Below are positions 10,589 to 21,200 of a stretch of DNA of 40,000 nucleotides, one piece after another. The notes beneath the pieces are model-generated. The model saw only the letters and a program-made list of their open reading frames with translations. It did no database searches and was not told the DNA's origin. Position numbers and translations under genes: made by a program. Origin of the DNA: an uncultured Candidatus Peribacteria bacterium (GTDB lineage Bacteria; Patescibacteriota; Gracilibacteria; BD1-5; UBA2023); the NCBI GenBank assembly GCA_964644075.1, contig CAZXUQ010000003.1, forward strand, positions 38,166 to 78,165, read 5' to 3'. The stretch's first letter is position 1. Every line of letters starts with the position of its first letter.

Positions 10589-11742
10589 CTCTCTCTCGTG
10601 AGGAGTTCTTTTATTTTTTTACCAAATACTTCGACAGAATACTCCCCTGCTCGTGCCACACAGTCATCTCTCATGGCGAGTGCTCGCTCAGGCGTCATCC
10701 ACTTCACAGCCTCCATCGTATCATAGATCGTGAAGTCATCTGGCATGAGGATACCAGTTTTTCCATGGATTACTGTCTCAGCAAATCAGCCGTCATTCAC
10801 AGAGATCACAGGGATCCCACATGCCATACTCTCGACTGCGATAGAGCCAAAATTTTCCTCCTTCCCGAGGGCGATCGATGCCACAGCAGATGCGATGAGT
10901 CCAGCCATCTTCATATCCTTGGTTTCATGGTGAAAAAATATATTGCTGCATCCGACAGCATATCGCATAACTTGCTCTTTTGCTGGATCGTCAGGATTAT
11001 AGAGGACGATGAGGTTTTTCTCTGGCATGTGGCTAAATGCATGCACGATACGGTCCACACGTTTTGCTTCAGTGAGACGAGCAGTCGATATATAGTAGTG
11101 ATGTATTTCTCGTTCGATGACACTTTCTACGTTATTGTGTTCCTCGATGATGTAGGGAACTTTTTCTCTGAGAGGACGGAACCTGAGCATATTTACTGGT
11201 GGAGGGAGGACGATGATATCTTTGCGACCGGTCCACTCTTCCAGCCATTTTTTATTGTGCTCTGAGTTCGTCATGACGATATCCATTTTTCTCATCTCGT
11301 AGAGGAATAGATACTTTCGTACAAACAGGGCTATACTATAAAACTCGTGGTAAAAAAATAGTACTCGCTTCATGTATTCACGTTTTTTATCGAAGAGTTC
11401 ATGTGGAAGCGTATGGGCGTAGTATACTTTTTTTGTCAGAGCAGAGAGGCCATGCACTACAGTACTCGCTTCATCAGACATGATGATAGTATCATAGTTT
11501 TTCGTGACTTTCTGAGAAAAGAGAAATCGCCACTTCATACGGATATATCCTACCCAGCCTCCATGGTATTTTGGGAAGAGTTCATAGATATTTCCATGAT
11601 ATCCGAGCTCATTTGGATCATAGGATTTGATCGACCAGATAGACGTAGCGATATCAGCAGAGAGGATATTAGCCATATCGATACTCATGCGCTCTGATCC
11701 AGATCGTTTTGTAAATGATTCGTGAAATATGAGAGTTTTCAT
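10582..11742 (-). CDS. Glycosyltransferase, GT4 family (GT-B fold)
   Basis: The track ORF 10786-11742 continues through one TGA to TAA at 10582-10584. The C-terminal motif is [39 protein letters not shown], matching E-x7-E. Confidence 0.85.
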
Positions 11743-11839
11743 GAGAGCTAGTCTACACTATTTCTCTGTTCTTTGCAAAAATATGAGGTATTTATTTCAT
11801 TATTTCTTTTTACTGTCAATGACTTCTCTCCACTGTTTC

Positions 11840-11867
11840 TCGACTTTTCTCGCTTTCTTTCTATACT
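11840..11867 (+). promoter_or_regulatory. Promoter-like TCGACT-N16-TATACT upstream of clpP
   Basis: TCGACT at 11840-11845 and TATACT at 11862-11867. The -10 context (CTATACTG) matches the promoter at 8761. Confidence 0.4.
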
Positions 11868-11893
11868 GGATGAGATTACTTACCTTTTTTCTT

Positions 11894-12496
11894 ATGCCAA
11901 AAAAATCCAAAAAACAGATTGCTGATTTTCTCATCCCGACGATCATCGATAAGGTCGGAGGACAGGAGCGCGCCTATGATATCTACTCTCGCCTTCTCGA
12001 GGATCGTGTGATCTTCCTCGGCGATGCTATCGATAGTGCTGTCGCAAATACTGTGATCGCACAGCTTCTCTATCTCGAGAAAGTTGATCCAAAAGCTCCG
12101 ATCACACTCTACGTGAACTCTCCAGGAGGTCATGTCACAGCAGGTCTCGCGATCTATGATACGATGCAGTCGATCAAGCCTGATGTCATCACTGTTGCGG
12201 TCGGACTCGCAGCGAGTATGGGGTCGATCATCCTCTGTGGTGGAGCAAAGGGAAAACGCTATGCTCTCCCTCATGCTGAGATCATGATCCATCAGCCTCT
12301 CGGAGGGATGGAGGGTCAGGCTATCGATATCAAGATCGCTGCCGATCATATCATCCGAACCTGAGAAGTCCTCTATGGTATCCTCGCGAAACACTCATGA
12401 CAAAAAATCGATAAAGTCCGAAAAGACTGTGATCGTGACAACTATATGACCGCAGAAGAAGCTCTCGAATATGGTCTTATCGATAAGATACTCTAA
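11894..12496 (+). CDS. clpP: ATP-dependent Clp protease proteolytic subunit
   Basis: Motifs seen: [34 protein letters not shown] (catalytic Ser), MIHQPLGG (His). The gene has 2 in-frame TGA codons and TAA at 12494-12496. The start ATG at 11894 was chosen by homology. Confidence 0.93.
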
Positions 12497-12497
12497 T

Positions 12498-13169
12498 ATG
12501 AAAAAGATTATTTTTTTCTGTTTTTTCTTTCTGCTTCCGTCATTTTCTCATGCTATCGGACTCATGAAGCCTGAGGCATGTGGATTTGCTGATGGTATCC
12601 ATCGAAAAGAGCTCTATATCTACTGGCCAGGAGAGTATCCACAGGTCGATGAGTTTCTCAAATATAGAGGAAAACTCTACTATTTCATCCATAAGTTTCC
12701 CTCAGCCCTCTCCCTCTCTCGCTATCAGGACGCAGGAAATAGTCCCTATAGTAAATATGGATTTATCAGGAATACATGAGCCTATTTTGTGACTTTCGAC
12801 TGTGCACGATCAAAAGTAGAATTTTCTCCGACGATCCGATCGACAGCATGAGATGCATATGGGAAATTTTACTGGCTCGATCGTCGCTACCTCTCTTACT
12901 CATTCACCCGACTCGAGAAAAGAAATGCCTGCACCGAATGACCAGATAAACTTATCGCTCTTCCTGACTTTAGCTCTCTCCTCATAGAGAAACAGTCTGG
13001 ATATCCGAACTCGACAGAGGATGTCTGCTATGCACGTGGTCCGTACAAATTTCTCGGCGATGGAAAGGTCCAGTTCGATGTCGAAAAATACGATCCATCC
13101 ACTGGTGAATCCTGGTTTTCTCGATATCAGTACCAGCTCGATACAAGCAAACTCAAAAAAATACGCTAA
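12498..13169 (+). CDS. Secreted hypothetical protein (223 aa)
   Basis: ATG 12498 gives the signal-peptide-like MKKIIFFCFFFLLPSFSHA. The frame was read through 3 TGA codons to TAA at 13167-13169. Confidence 0.6.
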
Positions 13170-13310
13170 AGAAATATGGAAAACGGCGAACTTCTTTGTT
13201 ATAAAAATTTTCTCTCGATCATTTACAAATGAGTAAACTCACTTCGATAAAATTTTTCTGCCTCGAATTTCTTGTTTTTATATATTTCTGACATTTTCTT
13301 CCCCGTTTCT
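13170..13310 (+). repeat. Copy 1 of a roughly 140-nt conserved intergenic element (second copy at 31056-31203)
   Basis: Hand alignment with 31056-31203 gives roughly three-quarters identity. Shared blocks are GAAAT..GGAAAA, CGAAnTTCTTTGT, AGTAAACTC, CTCGAnnTTCTTGTTTTT and TTCCCC, and both copies end at an ATG. Confidence 0.7.
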
Positions 13311-14090
13311 ATGAAAAAATACCTCTTCCTCATATGCTGTCTCCTTCCACTTTTCTCATATGCATGAGAAGACGATGGATTTATTTCGTATAGACGACCA
13401 CTCGTCCCATGAGTCTCTCTCGTCCAGACAGATGACACTACGAGCATCCTCTACAGGAGAAAAGTCATCAAAACATACCAAAATAAAGAATTTGCCACTG
13501 AGCTCCTCCCTCATGGACCAAATGAAGATCCAGACTGCTATAACTCTCTCGTAAAAAATACTCCATCAACTCGAGCAAAGAATATCATCGGAAAAGAATA
13601 TCTGAGATCGTGTCTCATCCTGAAATCAGACCTTTTCCGAGGAAAGTATATCCTTTTCTATGCTCCATCGATCGAGGGGAACCGCGTCTCTATATACGAT
13701 ATCAAAGCAAAGAAGTTTTACCCTTTTATCATAAACACAGCCCTCTCTGTTTCACTCGCTTCAGATCGTTCACTCGTATTTCTCTCGAGCAATCGCCAGT
13801 CACCCTGTGAGCGCTCAGTTATATCATTTAGAAATGGTGCTACAAAAAAACTCTATGATGACTGTCGGCTCATGAACTCTGCGTTTCCGAGTATCTCGAT
13901 ACAAAAATTTCAAATCAGAGAGGGTTCAGTCGAGATCTCCTACTTTCCCTATACGACCGTAGGACTCGATACAATCCTCGATACAGTTCATACAGAAAAA
14001 ATCACACTCCCACTTCCCTCCCTCACTCCTCCTGTCGTTCTCCCGAGACCACAGGCGATGACGTGACTTCTCATACCTCCTCTACGATAA
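13311..14090 (+). CDS. Secreted hypothetical protein (259 aa)
   Basis: ATG 13311 gives the signal-peptide-like MKKYLFLICCLLPLFSYA. I read the frame codon by codon through 3 TGA codons to TAA at 14088-14090. It joins track ORF 13872-14066. Confidence 0.6.
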
Positions 14091-14092
14091 CT

Positions 14093-15256
14093 ATGACTCC
14101 AAGCGCTATCCACAACCTCCTCACGAAGTGAGTTTCTCGTGTCATCGACCGAGATCACCTCGAAAAACGACTTCTCGCATGAGAAAAACTCGTCGTAAAA
14201 TTCGGGATCGATCCATCAGGAACTATCGTCCATATCGGACATATGGTTCCTATACTTAAGCTCAAAGCGTTCCAAGAGCTCGGACACAAAGTCGTCCTCC
14301 TGATCGGAGATGCGACCGCACAGGTCGGAGATGCCAGTGACAAGGATGCAGAGCGTCCGATGCTTGCTCGTGCCGAGACAGAGAAAAATGCGAAACTTTT
14401 CCTCTCGAAATTTGCTCGTGTCCTCGACCTCGAAAAGATTGAGATCTATTACAATAGTGAGTGACTTGATCAGGTAAACTTTGCCTCTGTCTGAGAACTC
14501 GCCAAAAATTTCTCTGTCGCAGAGATGCTCGATCGGGATAATTTCTCGAAGCGATATAAGTCCTGAGTCCGTATATCTCTCCAGGAGTTCCTCTACCCGA
14601 TCATGCAGGGATATGACTCTGTCGCGATCGCAAAAAAATACGGAAGCTGTGATGTCGAGCTCGGAGGCAATGATCAGTATTTCAATCTCCTTGCTGGACG
14701 TACCCTCATGGATGCACATGGACTCCCGAAGCAAGATATCATGACGTTTGACCTCCTCGTCGGATCAGATGGAAAAAAAATGTCGAAGACCTCACCCAAT
14801 ACTGTCGCGATCGATGAGGCTCCCCAGAGTATGTATCAGAAACTTATCAATGTGAAGGATGATCTCATCGTTCCCTATTTCGAACTCGCGACGGATATGA
14901 CGCTCGATGAAGTAGCAATCATACGTGATCGCCTCGAAAAATGAGAACACCCGAACACTCTTAAAAATGAACTCGCCCAGCGTATCATCACGATGTATCA
15001 TGGGAAACCGTATGATCCGAGTGATGCTTCGACGATCGAAGTACAGAGCATCAGTGTAGGAGAAATCAATATTTCTGATCTCCTTAAAGAGCTTGGATTT
15101 TGTGCGACTTCAGGTGATGTACGAAATGCTCTCTCCTGAAAATCAGTGCGTATCGATAGTGTCGTTATCGAGGACCCGAAATACCTCGTGACGATCACAC
15201 CTCTATGAGTCCTCGTCGAGATGGGGAAGAAAAAGGCAAAAAGAGTAGTTACTTAA
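14093..15256 (+). CDS. tyrS: Tyrosyl-tRNA synthetase
   Basis: The HIGH region is GIDPSGTIVHIGHMV and the KMSKS motif is KMSKT, with a C-terminal S4-like domain. Track ORFs 14243 and 14603 are in one frame. The gene has 7 in-frame TGA codons and TAA at 15254-15256. Confidence 0.92.
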
Positions 15257-15261
15257 TCCTT

Positions 15262-15654
15262 ATGCTTTCTATAATCCAAAAAATTATCACTCTTTCCGAA
15301 GCACGTATCCCTTTTCTTATAAAAAAAGGAGATGGAGATTTTTACCGTGGAAGTGACACATTCCTACGATGAATAGAAAATGAGATAGAGGAAATGAAAG
15401 ATGAGCTCAAAAACTGAAATCAGGTATTGCTCGAGGATGAACTTGGGGATATATTCTGGGACTATATTTGTTTTCTTGAGAATTTAGAATCCGAGTGAAA
15501 AATAACGAAAGCTCGAGTATTTGATCGATGTTATGAGAAATTTAGTGAAAGACTTAATCCTGATGGTTCAAATAATGGTGATTGGTATGAAGTGAAAAAG
15601 AGACAAAAAGAAAAACTTATCCGAGAACAACAATTATTTCTTTCGAGATTATAA
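15262..15654 (+). CDS. MazG-like nucleotide pyrophosphohydrolase domain protein (130 aa)
   Basis: The pattern EIEEMKDEL....LEDELGDIFWDYICFL matches the MazG EExxE..D signature. The gene has 3 in-frame TGA codons and TAA at 15652-15654. Confidence 0.7.
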
Positions 15655-15664
15655 CACTTCTCAT

Positions 15665-15991
15665 ATGTCCTTCCTCACTGTCTATGTTACTCATCCATCG
15701 AAACCAGAAGCCGCCACTATGACAAGTGCGCTTCTCAATGCTCGACTGATCGCCTGTGCGAATTCATTTCCGATAGAGAGCGTTTTCTGGTGGGAGGGAT
15801 TCCTCACTAAAAGTGATGAGATCGTCACACTTTACAAGACTCTCCCAGAGAAATATGAGGCCCTCGAGGCCTATATCCTCGCTCACCATAAATATCAGGT
15901 TCCCTGCATCATAAAACTCGCGACCGTCGAGGCAAATGCGAGTTATGAGGCATGGATCCGATCAGAGCTCTCACAGCCTCCAAAACAATAA
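15665..15991 (+). CDS. cutA: CutA1 divalent-cation tolerance family protein
   Basis: Intact track ORF with the motifs ARLIACANSFP.ESVFWWEG, KT and HKYQVPCI. Confidence 0.8.
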   Translation: MSFLTVYVTHPSKPEAATMTSALLNARLIACANSFPIESVFWWEGFLTKSDEIVTLYKTLPEKYEALEAYILAHHKYQVPCIIKLATVEANASYEAWIRSELSQPPKQ

Positions 15992-16015
15992 CTATATCAC
16001 TTTATTTTCCCCTCT

Positions 16016-16408
16016 ATGCAGTATATACTCCCCTATCTCGCAGGTCTCCTTACGCTCCTCATCCTCGATGCTATCATGATATGGAATGTTATCCTCCCCA
16101 CATTTAAGCGGTATATCCCTGATATGATCCGTACGGATGTGAATATGGTCGCAGCAATAGTATTTTACCTCCTCTATGTGCTCGTCGCACTTATCCTCAT
16201 CGTCATACCAGCAGTGAAGGGATGACTTGATACTCGGGCAGTCCTACATAACGGTGCACTCCTCGGATTTGGCGCGTATATGACCTATGAGCTCACGAGT
16301 ATGAGTGTCATGAAGGGGTGGAGCTGGCAGATGGTCGCGATCGATACTCTCTGGGGAACCATCCTCACAGCACTCGTCTGTCTCGCTATGTACATCACTC
16401 TTCGCTAA
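16016..16408 (+). CDS. DUF2177 family membrane protein
   Basis: The track ORF continues through one TGA to TAA at 16406-16408. The pattern is LDAIMIW...FYLLY...GALLGFGAYMTYELT...W...DTLWG. Confidence 0.7.
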
Positions 16409-16863
16409 TGCGTGTATTTTTTCTCACCCTTCTCACTCTCCTTGGTATCACTGTCGATCAGATATCGAAATACTTTGCTGTGCATACACTCTCTCAGAGT
16501 GAGTCTCTCCCCGTTATCGGAGAGATGATTTCTTTTACCTATGCTCAGAATTTTGGTATTGCTTTTTCTCTGCCTATCGAGTGACTAGTTCTCAAATTTC
16601 TGACGGTTATAGTTATAGTTTTTTTGTTTCTTCACTATGCTCGTGAAGAGTATAGGAAGTACTCGAAACTTCTCGATGTCTGATATTCGCTTGTATTCGC
16701 ATGAGCACTTTCTCATGCCTATGATCGTCTCATCGTATGACATGTTATTGACTTTATCTCGGTGAAATATTTTGCCATTTTGAATTTTGCCGATATATTT
16801 ATCTCAGTAGGAGTTATTTTTATCCTCATAGCATATGTCAGAACAGAGAGAACATCCAAGTAG
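16408..16863 (+). CDS. lspA: Lipoprotein signal peptidase (signal peptidase II)
   Basis: The ATG overlaps the previous stop (TAATG). Motifs seen: NFGIAFS, AGALSHAYDRLIVGHVIDFI, NFADIFISVG. The gene has 4 in-frame TGA codons and TAG at 16861-16863. Confidence 0.85.
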
Positions 16864-17590
16864 AGAAGAACTCCTCGGTCCACCGAAAATTGACTTTATC
16901 TGAGTTATTATGGTCGTCCTCACGGCCCTGATCGTCTGATCGAGTGTGGGAGCACTGATATTTGTACTTCTCTATTTTACTATCGGGAGATTTTCTCTCG
17001 AGACATGAGCCTCTCCGATCCTGCTCGCGATGATTACATTTTTTGCGATCTCTCTCGGGAATGTCCTCTCCTATGCCCTACGATCTCGCATATTTCCAGA
17101 TATCTATACACGATCTCGAAGTGCACTCTCCCAGATCGTGACTATGTCGATCGTCCTCTATGTGATGTTTGCTCCGCTCTATCTCATCGTAGCGCGTATT
17201 GCACCAGAGAAAAACACGATCCTCCTCGCATTTTCCCTCCACGTGCTCATATCACTTTTTACCTATGAGCTCATCGTCGGACTCATATCACACTATCGCT
17301 ACTCGCTGCTCTCTCTCTATGCGAGTATCACATCGCTCCTCATATCCGCTCTTATTGTTATGAGTGTCGTATTTGGTCGTGCAGATGCATCTGTGACACT
17401 CTTTATCCTCCTGACACTGACTATCATGGCGTATGTCGTGAGTCATACGGTTACCGCACTTTTTCTCGCACTCTACTCACTTTTTTATAAAAATACAGGA
17501 CATGATCCACTCGGTACGGTATTTGCTCGGATAGAAAACGATGAGCGCGAACTCGAAGAAAAAGCTACAAAATCACTTACCCAGTTTTAA
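16835..17590 (+). CDS. Multi-pass membrane protein, function unknown
   Basis: The track ORF 17030-17590 extends upstream through 3 TGA codons to ATG 16835 (alternative start ATG 16910). It has at least 5 hydrophobic helices. Confidence 0.6.
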
Positions 17591-17593
17591 TCT

Positions 17594-18139
17594 ATGCATG
17601 AAATCGCGCGAAAAACCCTCGAAATATACTTGGCAGAGAAACGTATCCCGACGCTTTCAGACTTTGCTGATACAGGAACATACTCAGCGAGTAAAGATGC
17701 TATTTTTGTGACACTCTATCTCCACGGGAAAGTGATCGCTTCGAGTGGCCGCATCATCCCATCCAAGGAAAATACCCTCTATGAATGCATAGATAATACT
17801 CTCCTCTGTCTCAAAGATCCTCGCTGTAGCTCTGCCCTCACTTCTCCAGAGGGTCTCCGAGAGATCCGTATACGAGTGGATCGCTTTACGACTGATCAGC
17901 GCCGTATCCTCCAGTCAGTGGAGGAGCTCGATACGACACGAGAGGGTCTCATATTTCTCTCACAAAATCTCTGACAAATCTCAGTGATCCTTCCTCATAT
18001 GGTCCATGTGGATACGAGTCCACAAGCATATTTCTCTCTCGCCTGTCGCAAGATTTCTCTCGACGAGAAAACACTTTCTCCATCGGATTATGTGCTCTAC
18101 GGACTCTCGACAACGACATATGATGATTTTGATTTATAA
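17594..18139 (+). CDS. AMMECR1 domain protein
   Basis: The sequence DAIFVTLYLHGKVIASSG...CLKDPR...IRIRVD...REGLIFLSQNLGQISVILPHM resembles the AMMECR1 core. There is one in-frame TGA and TAA at 18137-18139. Confidence 0.65.
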
Positions 18140-18222
18140 AATAAATATATAAATCTACAAGTTACATTCCTAGGAAAAATGAACAAAATATGGTCTAATA
18201 GTGTTGATCATATTTTTTTCAT

Positions 18223-21200
18223 ATGTCATACAAAAATATATACTTTCGTCTCACAGCAGCTCTAGCGCTTCTCACATTTGTCTCGAATACGCTCAGTCCG
18301 ATCGTACTCACGAGTTCAGCGGTGGGCAATGTCTTTTATGTGGATTCTGTCTCCTGAGATGACAATAACTCTGGTACTGCAGATACTGCAGCATGGGCAT
18401 CCGTCTCGATGGTAAATGCCTCTATGGCAAGTGGGACGATACTCCCTGGTGATACGGTATATTTCCGTTGTGGAGACTCATGGTGAAGTGAGGATCTCAC
18501 TATCACGACGAATGGTATTACATTTGATCGATTTCAAAATGGTCTCGTCTGTGGAACTGGTACGCGTCCTGTAATTCGTAGTATCAGTGCCAATAGTATG
18601 TCAAATACGACGGTAAATGGACTTCAAATCAATGCGAGTATGTCATGAAGTGCCATCGATTTCACGAACTCAAGTAATGTCACCCTCTATGACAACGCTA
18701 TTTCCAATAGCTCAGGTTCATGTCTCTCTCTCGTCACAGGAAGTGGTATCACTCTCGATAGTAATGATTTTTCTCTCTGTAGTTATGCACTCAATGCTAT
18801 CGATATCGGTGGTTCTATCTCAAACAATACGTTTTCTGGTATGACTGCAGACGCTCTCCAGATACTATCAAGCCAATCTCTGAGTGTGAATAATAATACC
18901 TTTTCTTATCTCCAAAAATGAGCGATCGTCTTTGGTCAGGCTACGGTAGTATCACAAAATATCATATCAAATGTATGTCAGTGAACAGGTACAGGATGTA
19001 GCGCTATCCGGAATGAAGAATTTTCTCCTGCCAATACCTCATACCTCTCAGCTCGTGTGAGTGAAAATATCATCCAAAATGTGGGAAGTGGTATCACGAA
19101 TGGGAACTATGGTATTTCTGCTCGCAGTATCCGAGATCTCGAGATCGCAAACAATACTGTCAATAATGCTGAAGAATCACTCCATCTCGAGGATACCAAT
19201 AGTTTCAATATCCATAATAACACTTTGGTCATGCCACGAGCACGAGTGGTTCAAGTTATCCAAAATACCCCTGGAACAGTCGGAACGAATACTTTTCAGT
19301 CAAATACTATCCTCGGGAAAAACCCAGACTATCCATACATCGAAATGCGCGATGAGACAGTAGGTGGCACGATGGGAAGTTTCCTGAGCTTTAGCAGCAC
19401 GGATTTTTTCCCACTATTTAAACCAAATACTTCCTATATCCGAGAGGTAAAATACGGATGAGAGACGAGAGAATACGGAAAGGCAGAATTTTCTACACTT
19501 GATCCCACTGCAACCCAGTTCTCATATTTTGGCTACAAACCCTACTCGACTACAGGAAATCTCGTATGAGGAAACCAGGTGTGAAATGGAAACTTTTTAA
19601 CAAATACGGGTGGATGGACAGTATGAGCTGAGTCTGGTCCTACCCCTAATCTTTTGTATAATCCTTGAGGAAGTTATTCTGGTTGATCAGCTACAGTGAG
19701 TCCTGCTTGAGGATCACCTGATCGCATTTGGATTACAAATAATACAACTATTCCACTTACGGTATGACGTAATTACCAGATAACTGGATATGTGAAATCT
19801 GCATCAGGAAATATTAATCTCAGAGCATTTTTGCACTCTGCCAGTGATAAGAATATTGTATACTCTGATCGTATAGCTGAGACGTATGCAAGTGCTTCGG
19901 GAAGAACCTTCTCATTCTATCTCCAAGCTATGACATGAGCATCAGATGCTAACATCACTATCGAAACATCCAATCCCGATGTCGCCTATGAGATCGATGA
20001 AGTGAGCGTACAACGTGTAAATCCCCTCCTGAGAAATAATACAGCAAACGAGATACATATCATGCCTAACACTACTGCGAGCTCCCTCTCTCAGCCATGT
20101 CCTGGATGAGTGTGTAGTGAGTATGTAGATGAACTCAACATACCGATCTCATGGAATATTGCTATCCCTGCCTATCGTACTAAGATTGCATTTTGGAATA
20201 ATGATACAGCCAACATGCTGACACCACCAACGTGTACAGTCCTTCCTGATAATGGATCACTTCCTGCATGACAACCAGTAAATGTTACCTGGACAGCTAC
20301 TGACTCTCTCTCACAAATACTACACTACACTACCTATACAGGGTCAGTTACCTTGCCAGTTGCTTCTACATGAGTAGTGACATTTATCCCTTCAAATAGT
20401 GGATGAGCTATCGTGACGATATCTCTCGATACTCAAAATGATATATGACCAAAAACATGTAGTGCGAATGTCACTACCAACAACACTCCCCCACAGATTT
20501 TTACGAGCATATTTGCTGGTACAGAAGATGATGCACAAATCTCTGGTACGCTCAGTGGTGTCGATGTGAATCCTGGCGATTCTGTTATTTTTGAAATCAT
20601 TACACCTCCTTCCGTCAGTCAGTGAACACTCAATCTCGTAGATAGTACGACATGACAGACAGACTTTTATCCAAATCCTGACTTCTGTGGAACGGCGACA
20701 TTTGATTTTCGTGCGCGCGATCAATGGTTTAACTATGCTGATCCGATAACACAGTCGATCACTGTGGATTGTGTGAATGATACACCTTTTCTCAATAGTC
20801 CTACGAAATCTGCATCAGGCTATACAGCTATGGCTTCTCTTATAGATCTTATCGAGTGACCAAGTGGTGATTTCGATGATCCAGATGCTATATACCAGTG
20901 ACAAATCTATACAGTCAATTTTACCCAGCCAACAAATGGATCCGTGGTTCTCTGAGGTTCCGCTACGCAACTCCAATATACTTCCAATCTCGGATTTAGT
21001 GGTACTGATAGCTTTCAATACAGTATCACAGATCAGAGTGGAGCTACGACAGCCACTGGTACAATCAATGTTCTCGTGACGCGCTATAATAATCCACCAG
21101 TAGCTTACGGTACTTGAATTACGCTTCTTGAAGATTGATTTTTTTCATGATTTCTTTCTGGATCTGATCTTGATGGAGATCCTCTTACTTTTAGCCTCCT

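Noticed and set aside
10151-10726. ORFs 10217-10726 (+), 10151-10357 (-) and 10373-10558 (-)
   Set aside because: These are alternative-frame and antisense readings of the repetitive GGN/CGN-rich RGG tail and the terminator region. The GT4 gene explains 10582 onward.
14216-14734. 172-aa minus-strand ORF
   Set aside because: It is antisense to tyrS.
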